A stretch of DNA of 64,000 nucleotides from the human T2T-CHM13v2.0 reference genome, Homo sapiens. This document shows positions 48,423 to 62,253 of the stretch, piece after piece (the first letter of the stretch is position 1; the number at the start of each line of letters is the position of its first letter). Position numbers and translations under genes: made by a program. Below the pieces are notes generated by a model. The model searched no databases. It was not told the origin of the DNA and saw only the letters and a program-made list of their open reading frames with translations. Where the stretch lies: assembly GCF_009914755.1 (NCBI RefSeq), contig NC_060946.1. One strand, written 5' to 3'.

Positions 48423-48489
48423 TCATCGGGCACCCAGCTGGGGACACCAGGGTGTATCTGGATAGAGCAGACAATGGAGGGAGCGAAAT
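48423..48489 (-). CDS. MFNG: MFNG exon 8 coding part ([21 protein letters not shown])
   Basis: CTGCAG acceptor; fringe C-terminus; TGA stop. Confidence 0.97.
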
Positions 48490-48583
48490 CTGCAGAGAGA
48501 CCAGAAAAGGACAGGATGGTCACCCCCCACTTCTGCTCTCAGCCCACTCTCCTAGGTGCACACATGCCACAGAGGCGGTTTGG

Positions 48584-48797
48584 AGCAGGGTTTCTCTACC
48601 TCAACACCACTAACACTTAGGGCCAGAGAATTCTTTGTTGTGGAGCTGTCCTGTGCCTTGCGAGATATTTAACAGCATTCCTGGGCTCTACCCACAAGAT
48701 TCCAGTAGCATCTTCCTGAATCATAAGAATCAAAAATGTCTCCGACATTGCCAGACGTCCCCTAAGAGACAAATCACCCCCACTTGAGAACCGCTAG
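48584..48797. mobile_element. MER20 DNA transposon
   Basis: CAGGGTTTCTC...ATTCTTTGTTGTGG...AAAAATGTCTCC...TTGAGAACCGCT. Confidence 0.85.
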
Positions 48798-49995
48798 TTT
48801 GGAGAAACTTCAAAAGCCAGAGAAGCCATAAAGAGACCTCAGCTGAGGCCAATCATCTGATCACATGCATCTGAATCTCTAGGTGGCTCCAGACCCATTT
48901 GGCAGTAATCTATGACTTCTAGAATCTTCAAGCTTTGAGGAAATTTAACAGCAATTCTTAAACCTCTTGTCAGTATAGCTACGGCTTACACACTGCTGAC
49001 GGGGAGCTCATCCTACTAGAAGGCAGCTTCGTTCGTCTTGGAATTTTGAATTTTTGTTCCTATATCGAGCCAAATTCTATCTCCTTGTAATATCCAACTT
49101 GTTCAACGCAGCCTTGGCCGCAAGGGCCCTCAGCATCATGGGAGCCCTCTGCCCCAGGACAGGCAGCACTGCAGAACGTCAGGGCCAGGGGCCCTGGTTC
49201 CTCCAAGCATCACAAGCGTCCAGACAGAGCCTACAAAGGCCTTGGAGAGGCCCCTGCCACGTCCCCAACCAAATTTGACACCATTCCCTTCTCTTCTCCA
49301 CATTCCAGTCACACAGTCTCCCGTTCCTACCTTGAGCAGGTCAAGGCCTGTCTCCTGCTATCAGGCCTTTGCATATGCTGTCCCCTCTGCGGGAGTGATC
49401 TGCCACCTGCTCTTCTCCTAGCGAACTCCTGCTAGCCCTTCAGGTCCTTCACGTTACCTCCTCACAGAAGCCTTCCCCGGCCAGCCCCTACTCCCCAGTC
49501 AACATCAGGGCTCTGACTTACTCTCCCATAACAACCTATACTGGCATACTCACCCTCATCCCCTACACACACAGTGTCCCAGACTCCCCGTCCCCCAGGA
49601 CTCCCTCTGGACAAGTCTCTGTCACTCAAGTGGGCCCAGAGTTCACCTCATGCCCTCCTCTACTCGTTACCTCCCTGAGTCCCTGCTAAGTCTCCAAAGG
49701 CAGAATCAGGGCTCCTTCCCCAGTTCCCAGACCCATTGCATGTCACTACAAGGAGCAGAAATGCAAATAGAAGGGTTGGGGCTAGTCCAGCTGCCCAGAG
49801 ATGGAACAGACTGCCACAGGAGGGAGGAACTCCCCATGGCTGTAGGCATGCAAGGTGAAGCCAGCCCATCAGTTGGCAGAGATGCTGGGAAGGGGTCAAG
49901 CATCAGTTCTGGGGTTGGACTGATGGGCCCAGAGTCCATGTGTCCCCTCCCCCAACTCCTCTCCACCCCCATCCCGCCACCCCTGGCCAGAATCA

Positions 49996-50454
<459 letters not shown>

Positions 50455-50903
50455 TTATTCCAACCCTTTACCTGCCTAAAAGAAGCATTTAAGAGTATCA
50501 AAGAAACAAGGAGTCCAAAAGAGATAAAATAAAAATCCCCCACCAGAGCCTGAAGTTCCACCATGAGAGCGTTGCCTGTGCTCAGGGAAGGCATTTCAGC
50601 CTTCCAGGGACTCCCAAAGAACCCCAGAGGATTGGGGCTGGGAGAGCTCTTCAGATCCATCATGGCCAGCCTCCAGGTGTTACTAATGGGAGACCGAATC
50701 CCAGAGAGGGCAAGACACTTGCCCAAGGTCACACAGCAAGCCAGTGGCAGGGTCAGAAACTGAAATCCACTCCCTCCACTCCTAGCTCTGTGCTGTCAGC
50801 CACCAAAGCCTGTCCCACTCCACTCCCTCCCAGCTCCCCCATGTTTGGATGCCTGGACTCAGCCCCCACTCCTCCCATCCAAGGTTCCAGCCCCCAGACC
50901 CAC

Positions 50904-50989
50904 CTGGAGGGGTCCTCCTCCGGGGAGAAGGGGCCCTGTAGCTTAATGACGTTGAGTTTCCCCTCAAAGACACCGTAGCTGAGGGTGAC
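50904..50989 (-). CDS. MFNG: MFNG exon 7 ([29 protein letters not shown])
   Basis: AG/GT bounded, 86 nt, in frame with its neighbours. Confidence 0.97.
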
Positions 50990-51032
50990 CTGGGCAGGGA
51001 GATAGAAGAGTGTTGGGGCATCACACTGGGGA

Positions 51033-51051
51033 TCCCCACAAGGGGGCAGCA
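51033..51051 (+). promoter_or_regulatory. CTCF motif in MFNG intron 6
   Basis: TCCCCACAAGGGGGCAGCA. Confidence 0.5.
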
Positions 51052-51615
51052 TCCTGGCACAGGTGGAGGAGGGGTTTTAAGCTGCAGGGAAAGCTGCCCG
51101 GGAACCTGAAATTCCCCGCTGGTGGTGGGAGCCCACCCCACGCCCCAAGGCACTTCACAGCTGGAAGAGCACTGCCATGCCCTTAATCCCATTTGCTCCC
51201 TCAAGAGTTGAGCTCCCCTGAGAAGCTGGAACAATACCCCCATCTACAGATTTGGAAACTGAGGCTCAACAGGAAAAGGCAGCTTTCCAGTAAGCTGCAA
51301 GCCTGGACTAGAATGGAGGTTTTCTGAGACTCACTGGAGGGCCTTGGCACATCCCTCTTCACCCGGAGCCCCTACTCCACCAGGCAGTGACGACATGGAT
51401 CATGATTTCAGCTCAGAGGCTGTAGAGCACAGTGGTTAAAGACTGTGGGCATAGGGACCACCCAGCTAGGGTTCCAGTGCCCCTCTGCCCCATATTAGCT
51501 GTGTGCCGTGGTCAGTTCAGCTCGCTGGGTCTCATTTTCCCCATCTATAGAATGGGGATAATGTTAGTACTGACCTCATGTGACTACTGTGAGGAACCAG
51601 AGAGTTAAAGAAGGG

Positions 51616-51900
<285 letters not shown>

Positions 51901-52972
51901 GAAGGGAAGGACCCCAGTGTGGTGCCTGGCATTGTGGGTACTCAGGATACCCTAACCATTAGGATGCCCTGGTTTGGGCTGCCTCAAATCTGCCTCTCTT
52001 TCCTGGCTTCAGGCCCTGCCATCCTAATGGGACCAACCTCACACCCCAGTTCCAGGCCTGGCCAATCAACACTAACTCCAGGTGCTGGTAGGAGATGGGT
52101 CACCTGACCCAAGCCCAGTCATCAAATCAATGAACGCCAGCCCGGGGATCTGAAGGAAGGAGGCGCTCTCCTCCGATAGTGGGGGGAAAGCTGGGGCTGC
52201 CATCTTGCCAACATGAGGGCTGAGCCCACCTGAGGATGGGCCAACTTGGGGGAGAGCTTCTCAGTTATGTGAGCCAACAATTTCCTTTTCAGGTTAGCCA
52301 GTTCACGTTGAGTTTCTGTCACACTGTTGGGCAGGAGATCCCGGGGACGCTCCCAGCCAGGACCATCTACAGTGTCAGAGGGCAGCCTCTCCGAGGCAGA
52401 GCCAGTTGGACCTGTATCACCTGCCAGGTGGTGGGATGGGGTCCCCCTCCTCCCCCAGCCTAACATAATGCTGAGCGTCCCCCCAAAGACCCATTCCATC
52501 CCGGTAACCTCAGGGTTGGCAGGAACAGCACTGAGCAATGGATAGGGGAGTTTTGATGAAGGAAGGGGCTCCTAACAGGTAAAATTAGAAGAGCCAGCTG
52601 GGCTCCCCGGGAGGAATGTGGGGAGGATGGAAGACTGAGTAGAGGTATGGGTGGAGAGCAGGGTGGTGGGAACCTGAAGACAACCTCATCTCATTTGTTC
52701 AGGTCCTTCCCGGCATTTGAGGACCAGATCAAAGAATTTCAGCTTCACAAATGCTAATCCTTGAGGGTTAGAGGTGAAGGGGTTGAGTCCCTGTGTACCC
52801 TTAGGGTGTCCTTTGCCACCCTAGGCCTCAGTTTCCCCATCAATAGGGAATACCCAAGACCCATAATCTGGAGTTCCAGGTTTCTTTCAAACGCCAGGAG
52901 GGAGGGTTGGGGGGACCCCATGTTCCTTTGGTTCCCCTTCCCATTTGCCACCTGCCCCCAAGGCCAGCTCAC

Positions 52973-53138
52973 CTGTTCTGGGAGCTGTGCAGTCCTCAGC
53001 AGCTGCAGGGTCTCCAGGTGGGAGTGAAAGAGGGGGCTGGGCTGCAGGCGGCCGCCCAGCTTGCACTCAATGATATAGCCCATGGTGCAGTCATCAGGCA
53101 GCCGGATGAGAGCAGATGTGTCCATGAAACGGGAGCCA
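52973..53138 (-). CDS. MFNG: MFNG exon 6 ([29 protein letters not shown]...TAQLPEQ)
   Basis: AG/GT bounded, 166 nt; contains the fringe LPDDC motif. Confidence 0.97.
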
Positions 53139-53490
53139 CTGAGGGACAGAGCCAGACTGCAGACGCTGGCCCAGGCCCTCCACACCCAGAGCCGTGGGCC
53201 ACCCCATGAAGGCCCTCCACTGGGACAAGCTGGCAGAACAGAGCACCTGCCTCCTGCATACTGTATGACCTTGAGCAAGTCAGGAACCTTGGGGAGCCTC
53301 AGCCTCAGTCTCCTGTTCTGTGAAATGGGGATGCTAATGGCCGTGTCTTCGTGGAGCTGTCGTGAGGATTAAACAGGGAATGGGAAGGTGATGCCCTTTA
53401 TAAATGTAGCCTTTCCTTCTCTCTCTGTCTTGTCATTCATTCATTCACTCATTTATTCATTGCTGGTGCCAGATACCATGCTAGGGCTGA

Positions 53491-53975
<485 letters not shown>

Positions 53976-54123
53976 AAACAGAGTCTTGCAGGATGGGCTG
54001 GAGTCAGCCAGTGCTGAGGGGAGACAGGAACAGAGTCCCAGGCATGGACTTCAACTGGCCGCGTATACCCCATTAATGCCGCTGCCCTGGATGCTTGTCC
54101 AAGGGGCAAGTGGGTGTGGAAAT

Positions 54124-54190
54124 CCAGCCTGTACTCCCCTCCCCAGCCTGCACTCCCCTCCCCAGCCTGCACTCCCCTCCCCAGCCTGCA
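54124..54190. repeat. 19 bp minisatellite, about 3.5 copies
   Basis: CCAGCCTGYACTCCCCTCC repeated. Confidence 0.9.
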
Positions 54191-54754
54191 TGCCCTCAAG
54201 CTGCACCTGCAGGAGTTGGAGGGAGAGGGCTTTTTCTAATTCACACAAAGGTAATTTAGAGGTGGGCAGAAGCCTGGGTGGGGGCACCCCAGGCACACGG
54301 ATGACCCTGGTCATGTGTACACACACAGTTCTGTGGACATGCCCCAGGACAATGAGCCCGCTCTTGTCCAGTATGAATTGCCTGGGGCGCCCCTCCCAGC
54401 CAGGGCAAGGCAGGGCAGGCTTGGGTAGTAGCAAGGCTTGCAGACCTTGGAGCCAAACCCAGCAGCTGAGTGACCTTGAACCTGGCTGACCTCAGACTGG
54501 CTTAATCTCAGTGCCTCAGTTGCCTGAGATCTAGAAACAAGACTAATGCCACCTTCTCCCCCAGGTGTTGTGATCCTCTTGATGGAGCACAGAGCTGGCT
54601 CAGAGTCAGTCCTCAATACAAGGGAGTGGCTGCTGATGGTGCTGTTAATAATAATAATAGCCCGGAAAGACCTCCAGAAGCCAGGCCTCGCCACTTCTAG
54701 AACACCTGTGTCCCACCCCCACCCACACTGCGGCCTCCACTACCCCTGAGATCC

Positions 54755-54861
54755 CCTCATAATATTAGGAGTAATATCATCTCCCTTAGATGATATTATG
54801 AATAATATCACAGGATGTACACCCACTGTGCTATTAGGAGTAATATCATCTCCCTTAGATG
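54755..54861. repeat. SATR1/SATR2-like satellite fragment
   Basis: TATTAGGAGTAATATCATCTCCCTTAGATG twice at a 69 bp period, with GATATTATGAATAATATCACAGG...TGTACACCC between. Confidence 0.7.
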
Positions 54862-55356
54862 GCCCAGTGTATAGTGGACTGTCCCAGCTCAAATACCACC
54901 TCTTCCTGGAAGCCTTCCCTTCTTCCCTCACCCAGAAGGCCCTTCTCCCTCCTCTGAAGACCCTTAGATTTGGCCTTCACCTCCCCTACGGCATTGACCA
55001 GTCAGAAAAGGGCGGTAAATAGCACCTACCAGGGCCAGCCCAGACATTTTCTCATTTAACCCTTACTACACCATTGGCCACTGCATTATCAGGTCCATGT
55101 GCCGACGGGGGGACTGGGGCTCTTGGAGATGACATGACTTGCCTGTGAGTGGCACGTCATGCGCTCAGCCGTGCAGCCCCTGAGGGCAGGTGGCAGGTGG
55201 CTTGTTCACCACCAACTGCCGCTCTGTGACACACGCAAATGAGGAGCAGCTTCTCCTGAGCTCACTCTCAAAGCCCTTCCTGCTGCAAAGGCCCCTCCTG
55301 TACCCCAGCTGCCACCCCCTCCCCGCCTTCCTGCCCACCCCTGGGTCTCTGCTTAC

Positions 55357-55442
55357 CTGGCCCACGGAGCCATCTTCAAAGCCAGTTTGCGATTGATGCA
55401 GAAGCCAGCACCCCCAGTGGCAAACCAGAACTGTACCAGCCT
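55357..55442 (-). CDS. MFNG: MFNG exon 5 ([29 protein letters not shown])
   Basis: AG/GT bounded, 86 nt; FATGGAG fringe motif. Confidence 0.97.
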
Positions 55443-55908
55443 CTGAGAGAGAGGAAGGCCAAGGGGCAGAGTGAGCCTGGTGGCAGTTGTGGGGAAAAGG
55501 GACAGCCAGGCCACCCTTCACCCCCAACCAGCATGGCTCAAAAGCCCTTTATTTTGAATCTCACTAGAGTCTTGCTACAACCTGGCATTATTGCACCCAT
55601 TCTATAGATAAGAAAACAGAGGCCCGAAGTCACATAGTTAATTATGAGTGGTGAGGTCACTGATCAGACTCAAGTCCAGCTGAATTCCAGTTAAAGGGGA
55701 CAGGTGTTGTTTTACCCACCCAGCCACCATGCCCCTTTCCCCTGAGAAAGGTCTCTACCTCACTCCATGTGGCTTGGGAGGGGCTGCCGAACATGGCACC
55801 TGCTCTCCTGGGCCACAGAGGTGGGCCTAGGTTGACGGGGCCTGAGTGTGCATAGGAAAGATGTGGCTGGGAAACAAAGGTCAGGCTGTGTCCAATACAA
55901 ATCACTAA

Positions 55909-56209
<301 letters not shown>

Positions 56210-56609
56210 CTCAGATCACTAACACTTTCTAGTGTTGACTTCGTGCCAGGTCTCATTCCAAGGACTTGGAGAGATGACCTCATTTCATTCTTTCTTCTGT
56301 GTTCACGACCACTCTTTGAGTAGGGGCTGTTATCACCCATTTCACAGATTAGGAAACTGAGGCACAGAGAGGTGAGGTGACCTCAGTCAAGGTCACAAAG
56401 CCAGGAGGTGGCAGGGCTGCCGTGTAAACCCAGGGAGTCAGGCTCCAGCGTGCAGTTCTCCACCCCAGAGGCAAACTGCTTAGGCAGAGGTGAGTCGCCA
56501 GCAGTGAAGTGGTGTGAGAGCCTGGGGGACCCCCTGGCTCCCCTGGAATCACTCATACACAGAGCCCTAGGGCCCAGAAGAATTTAATTAAGGCTCAGAG
56601 GCTGATTAG

Positions 56610-57542
<933 letters not shown>

Positions 57543-57805
57543 TGACCAGGACAAGCCGTGGTTCCTGGGGGATGGAGGCCTCACTATGTACTGTGTCTGT
57601 GCCACGACTGCATGATCTCAGTCTCCCCATTTCACAGAGGAAGAGACTGAGGGTTGAAGAGGGGAAGCTACCAGCCCAAACCCACATAGGGCCAAACCTG
57701 AAACCCAGAACCCCTCTCACCTCTCTAGCACACCCCCACCCCCAGGACCGGCCCGGCCCTTGGGATCAGCGGGCCAAGGGGCAAAGGAGGAGGAGAGGGA
57801 CCCAC

Positions 57806-57959
57806 CGTGCGGTTGTGGGGCTGTGGCTCTGAGGCATGGATGGGCCGGTTCAGGCTGGGCCTTCCCACATAGACGTCGCGGGCCAGCGGGAAGGCTCTCA
57901 GAAGCTGCAGCAGCGCCCTTGGGTTCACATAGTTGTCATCGTCCACATGGCAGAACCAC
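57806..57959 (-). CDS. MFNG: MFNG exon 4 ([51 protein letters not shown])
   Basis: AG/GT bounded, 154 nt; metal-binding DDD motif. Confidence 0.98.
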
Positions 57960-58182
57960 CTGTAGGGATGAAACGGGGACAGTGAACTTGTTGGGGGGGT
58001 TCCAAGCCAGGGTCCCCAAGCACCCCCACAGTCGGTCAACAGTGACGGAATGGGGGTAGGGGTGGGAGAGGCTGACATTTAAGGCATCTGTTTTGTGCCA
58101 AGTTGCATATTGTGTAAGCTCATGAGGAGGGTACCCACTTCACAGTTGAGGACCAAGACTGAGAGGTTAAGACACTCGCCCT

Positions 58183-58475
58183 GGCCAGGTGTGGTGGCTC
58201 ACGCCTGTAAGCCCAGCACTTTAGGAGGCCGAGGCAGGTGAATCACCTGAGGTCAGGAGTTCGAGACCAGCCTGGCCAACATGGTGAAACCCCGTCTCTA
58301 CTAAAATTACAAAAGTTAGCCAGGCATGATGGTGGGCATCTGTCATCCCAGCTACTTGGGAGGCTGAGGCAGGAGAATCGCTTGAATCCAGGAGCGGAGG
58401 TTGCAATGAGCCGAGACTGCACCATTTGCACTCCAGCCTGGGCAAGAAGAACGATACTCTGTCTCAAAAAAAAAA
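58183..58475 (+). mobile_element. AluS in MFNG intron 3
   Basis: Alu consensus. Confidence 0.93.
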
Positions 58476-58657
58476 GCCATTTTCCCAAGGTCACATACCC
58501 AATCCTGAATGTCAGGACTGGAACCCAGCTGGACTTCCCAGCCATCTGCCCACTGCCTGCTAGAGGAGTGGGGGCTGAAGTCAGACCCCAGGAGTCCCAG
58601 GGGTTATTTTCACTGGGCCCAGACCACACTTATCCCCAGAGACCCAGGAACACTCGC

Positions 58658-58760
58658 CTAAGCCCACTGGCCAAGAAGGTGTCGAACTCAGCAGCCATCT
58701 TGCAGGACAGAGCTGGGTGGCTGTGTTCCGCGGAGCAGTTGGTGACCACAAGGTGGGACC
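58658..58760 (-). CDS. MFNG: MFNG exon 3 ([34 protein letters not shown])
   Basis: AG acceptor and GC donor (AG|GCGAGT), 103 nt. Confidence 0.96.
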
Positions 58761-59181
58761 CTGGAGAAGTGAGGAGGAGTCAGGGGACCCTGCCCAGGTC
58801 CCCCCTTCAGAGCCCTGAACACAGAATACAGAGCAAGGCTGGGCAACAGGGAGTCTGGAGCAGCCCACCCACTCCCATTTTACACATGGTAGGACTGAGA
58901 CCCGGGGAAGGCAGACCTGCCCAGGACCACAGACCTAGTGGACAGCAGGCTGGGCTGGGACTCAGGTGTCCAGGGCCTTGTCCAGCACCGCTCTTCCCCA
59001 TACCCACGCCCACACCAGTTTCCAGGGAAGAGGCCCACTTCCCTCCTGGGCAAAGGGGAATCTCCACATGCCAAGGGTGGGCGGCCCATTTCCTGGGAAC
59101 CCTCAGGCCAGGGCACAGCCGCCCCAGCTTTCCCAGGCAACAGCTAAAGTCCCCCACCACACCCAGGCCGGGCAGAGTTAC

Positions 59182-59230
59182 CCAGTCTCTCCTGGAGGCC
59201 TTTGTCTGGGCTGTCGGTGAAGACAAATGT
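59182..59230 (-). CDS. MFNG: MFNG exon 2 (TFVFTDSPDKGLQERLG)
   Basis: AG/GT bounded, 49 nt; exon 1 lies beyond the window end. Confidence 0.96.
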
Positions 59231-60012
59231 CTAGGAAGGAGAAGAAGGGGTCAGGACTCACATCGGCCCAAGGGACACCCCAGACCAATCCACAGCCCAC
59301 CACCACCAGGCCCCAGATGGACTCTGTACTCCTCCAGTGACAGACACACCCCTCTCATGGTCACACGCTCCTTTAGGACAACATACAACACACACAACCC
59401 AGCTTTTGTAGACACACAACTTCAGGGTGTACACAGCCCACAGTCTAAACACATACACTCACCCCCTTTCCAGAGCAGCACCACAGGGACCCAACCACAG
59501 CCACACACCTGGGCAGCATCTCACCCTCTTCTATCACACACACACACAATCACACACACACACACAATCACAGCTGCACTCGGCTCCTCCACAATCACAG
59601 AACACAATCTTAAACCCATTTTCAGGACACAAACTCTATGTGAACAGACCCACGGCCACACCATGGGACACCACGCCACTAGGGAGACGTCACACCTTCA
59701 CAGCCACACAAACCCCCTGTGCAAGCCATCTCGGAAATGCTGCCTCACAACCCAGTCCGGCTCTCCCAGATTGGACATGCACTTGCCCGCAACGACCCTC
59801 AAACCTCACGAGGCAGGCGTTGTCATCTGTTCCCTTTCCAGATGACAAAAAGGAGGCTGAGTGATGGACCAGGATTGGCAAGTGCCAGGCTGAGATTCAA
59901 ACCCATAGGCCCCGGACCTCTCCCCACCGCCTCCCAGGCAGCTAAAGCTGCTCAGCCCCTACATAATCCAAGCTCAGACTCTGAATGAGAGGTAGAGGAA
60001 GTACATGGATGC

Positions 60013-60059
60013 GACAAAGACAAGCCAGGCTGGGGACAAAGACAAGCCAGGCTGGGGAC
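60013..60059. repeat. 2x22 bp tandem duplication
   Basis: GACAAAGACAAGCCAGGCTGGG x2. Confidence 0.9.
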
Positions 60060-60868
60060 TGGTGTTCTTCCCATTCCATGCCCGGCCCAACATGGCAGAG
60101 CTTCTCAGCTGCCCAAGTGGGTCCTCTCACCCATTGAGCATCAGGGGCCTTTGAGGGCCTCCCCGGCCCTGGGACTGCCCGGCCCAGGACTCAGGACAAT
60201 TCCGGACCCCTTCCAAGTGTCCCACCTCTTTAAAGCCCTCCGACTCTCTCAGCCCCCACTGGGGCCACACTCGTGGCTTAACCCTGTCCTCCCTTGAAGC
60301 TCAGCGCCTCCAACTGCAATGCTCCCCTCTGCTTACCTAAAATCCCCTCCCTCCTTTCCAGGAATTAGCCCTTCAGATCAGAAGAGTCCCCGCCTTGATC
60401 CTCAGTTTACCCATCTACAAAAGGGGGATAGTAGTGGCTGTGAGAATAAAACAAGATTGTGTGTAAAAGAGCAAGGAAGAGTTGACAGTGAAGTCAGGCT
60501 CAACTACTTGTATTTCAGGGGAAACTGAGGCATAGGAGGCCAGGAGGCCGGGAGCCAGGTTTGACACAGGAAGGGGCAGGAGGGAGCCAGGCTATCTCCT
60601 AAGGCCCATGGCCACAGCCCTGCTTCTGAGCCACTATCACCTCTCACTGGACTACTGCAAGACTCTGCCTCATTCCCTCAGATATGTTTCCCTGCCAGGA
60701 CCAGAATCGAGTAACACCCAACTCCACCCACCAGCCACTAACACCTTCCATGGCTCCCTACTACTCTTGGGATAAAGGCCAGCCTCCCTAAGTGTGGCCA
60801 GTGAGGGGCCACCTGGCCACCCTGCCTGATGTAGTCTGATCTCATTACTTCCTGTCCACCCCTGGGGC

Positions 60869-60957
60869 TTCTCTCTCTGTCTCTCTCTCTCACACACACA
60901 CACGCACACACACGCACGCATACACACACACACACACACACACGCACGTGCGCACGC
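60869..60957. repeat. (CT)n-(CA/CG)n compound microsatellite
   Basis: Direct inspection. Confidence 0.92.
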
Positions 60958-61993
60958 CTCTGAGCCTCTGCGCATGCTATGCCCTCTTTCCACCCTCTAG
61001 CTCCCAGCTCAGGCATCACCTTCCCCAGGAAGCCTTCCCTGACACCCCTCCAGCTACTTTAGAGGCCCCTGCTATGTGTTCCTCAGCCCTCTGTTTCTCC
61101 TGTCACTAACAGCAGTTAGCAAAACTCCCTGGTTACAGAAATTTCTCTCCCCGTCTCTTCCACCAGACGATGGCATCCTGGAGACCACAGGCTGGGTCCA
61201 ATTTGTCTCCTTGCTCCGGCACCTGGCTCTCCTCAGGAAGGCCTGTGCAGCATCCACCCTCTGAGCCTCTCTCCCTGGGGTCTGTCTCCCACCGTCAGAT
61301 TTAGCGAATGCTGGAGGTCTCTGGATTTCCGCAGGGGGAAATGGTGGTGGTCCAAGCCTAGACCCTGGTCCGCTTCTCCATGAAGCCCACTCCGTCAGTG
61401 ACGCCATGCAGCCTCTCAGCTTTAAACACCATCAGGGAGCTGGAGACTCGTGGACACCACCAGCCCTAGCCTCTCCCTGAGCTCCAAACTGTCAAATCCC
61501 CTGAAACCATGACGTCTCCTGGGGGCTTAACACATCAAGACTGAGCCCCCGTTCTCCCCAAGACCTGCTCCTCCCTCTCACTGGTTGGGACCCAAAACCT
61601 CAGACTCCCCGCTCCTCCTCTCTTCCTCTCACACCTCTTCCCGAGCCTGTCATCAATTCTGCTCACCAGCCTCCAAATCGTCTGGGACGCTGCTCTTCCC
61701 TCCGGCCCACCCGGCCACCTAGTCCCCGCCACTGTCGTCACCTGCTGCCTGCTTTGCTGCAGGCCCTCCTCCCTGGCCTCCCTGCTCCCTGCCTCCACCC
61801 CAAGTCGGTTTTCAACACAGCCTCAAGGGATCCTATCAAAGAAACCAGGCCTTTCCTACCCTGCCCTCGACAAACTTTTGCCACCAAACAGCCACCAGAT
61901 AGTGAAACACTCTCAAGCTTGGAGCATGGGCCAAATGGGCTGAGGACTGTTTCCCGGTGAAGATCTAGTAAGCCTGAATAAAACAGGAGAATA

Positions 61994-62253
61994 GGCACTT
62001 TGGGAGGCCAAGGCAGGTGGATCATTTGAGGCCAGGAGTTCAAGACCAGCCTGGCCAACATGGCAAAACCCCATCTCTACTAAAAATAGAAAAATTAGCC
62101 GGGCGTGGTGCGCATGCCTGTAGTCCAAGCTACTCAGGAAGCTGAGGATCACTTGAAACCAGGAGGCGGAGGTTGCAGTGAGCCAGGATCGTGCCACTGC
62201 ACTCCAGCCTGGAAAACAGAGTGAGACTCTGTCTCAAAATAAACAAAACAAAA
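61994..62253 (+). mobile_element. Alu (5'-truncated)
   Basis: GCACTTTGGGAGGCC...AAAATAAACAAAAC. Confidence 0.9.

Noticed and set aside
52754-53278. 174 aa ORF as an independent gene
   Set aside because: It is MFNG exon 6 plus read-through into the flanking introns
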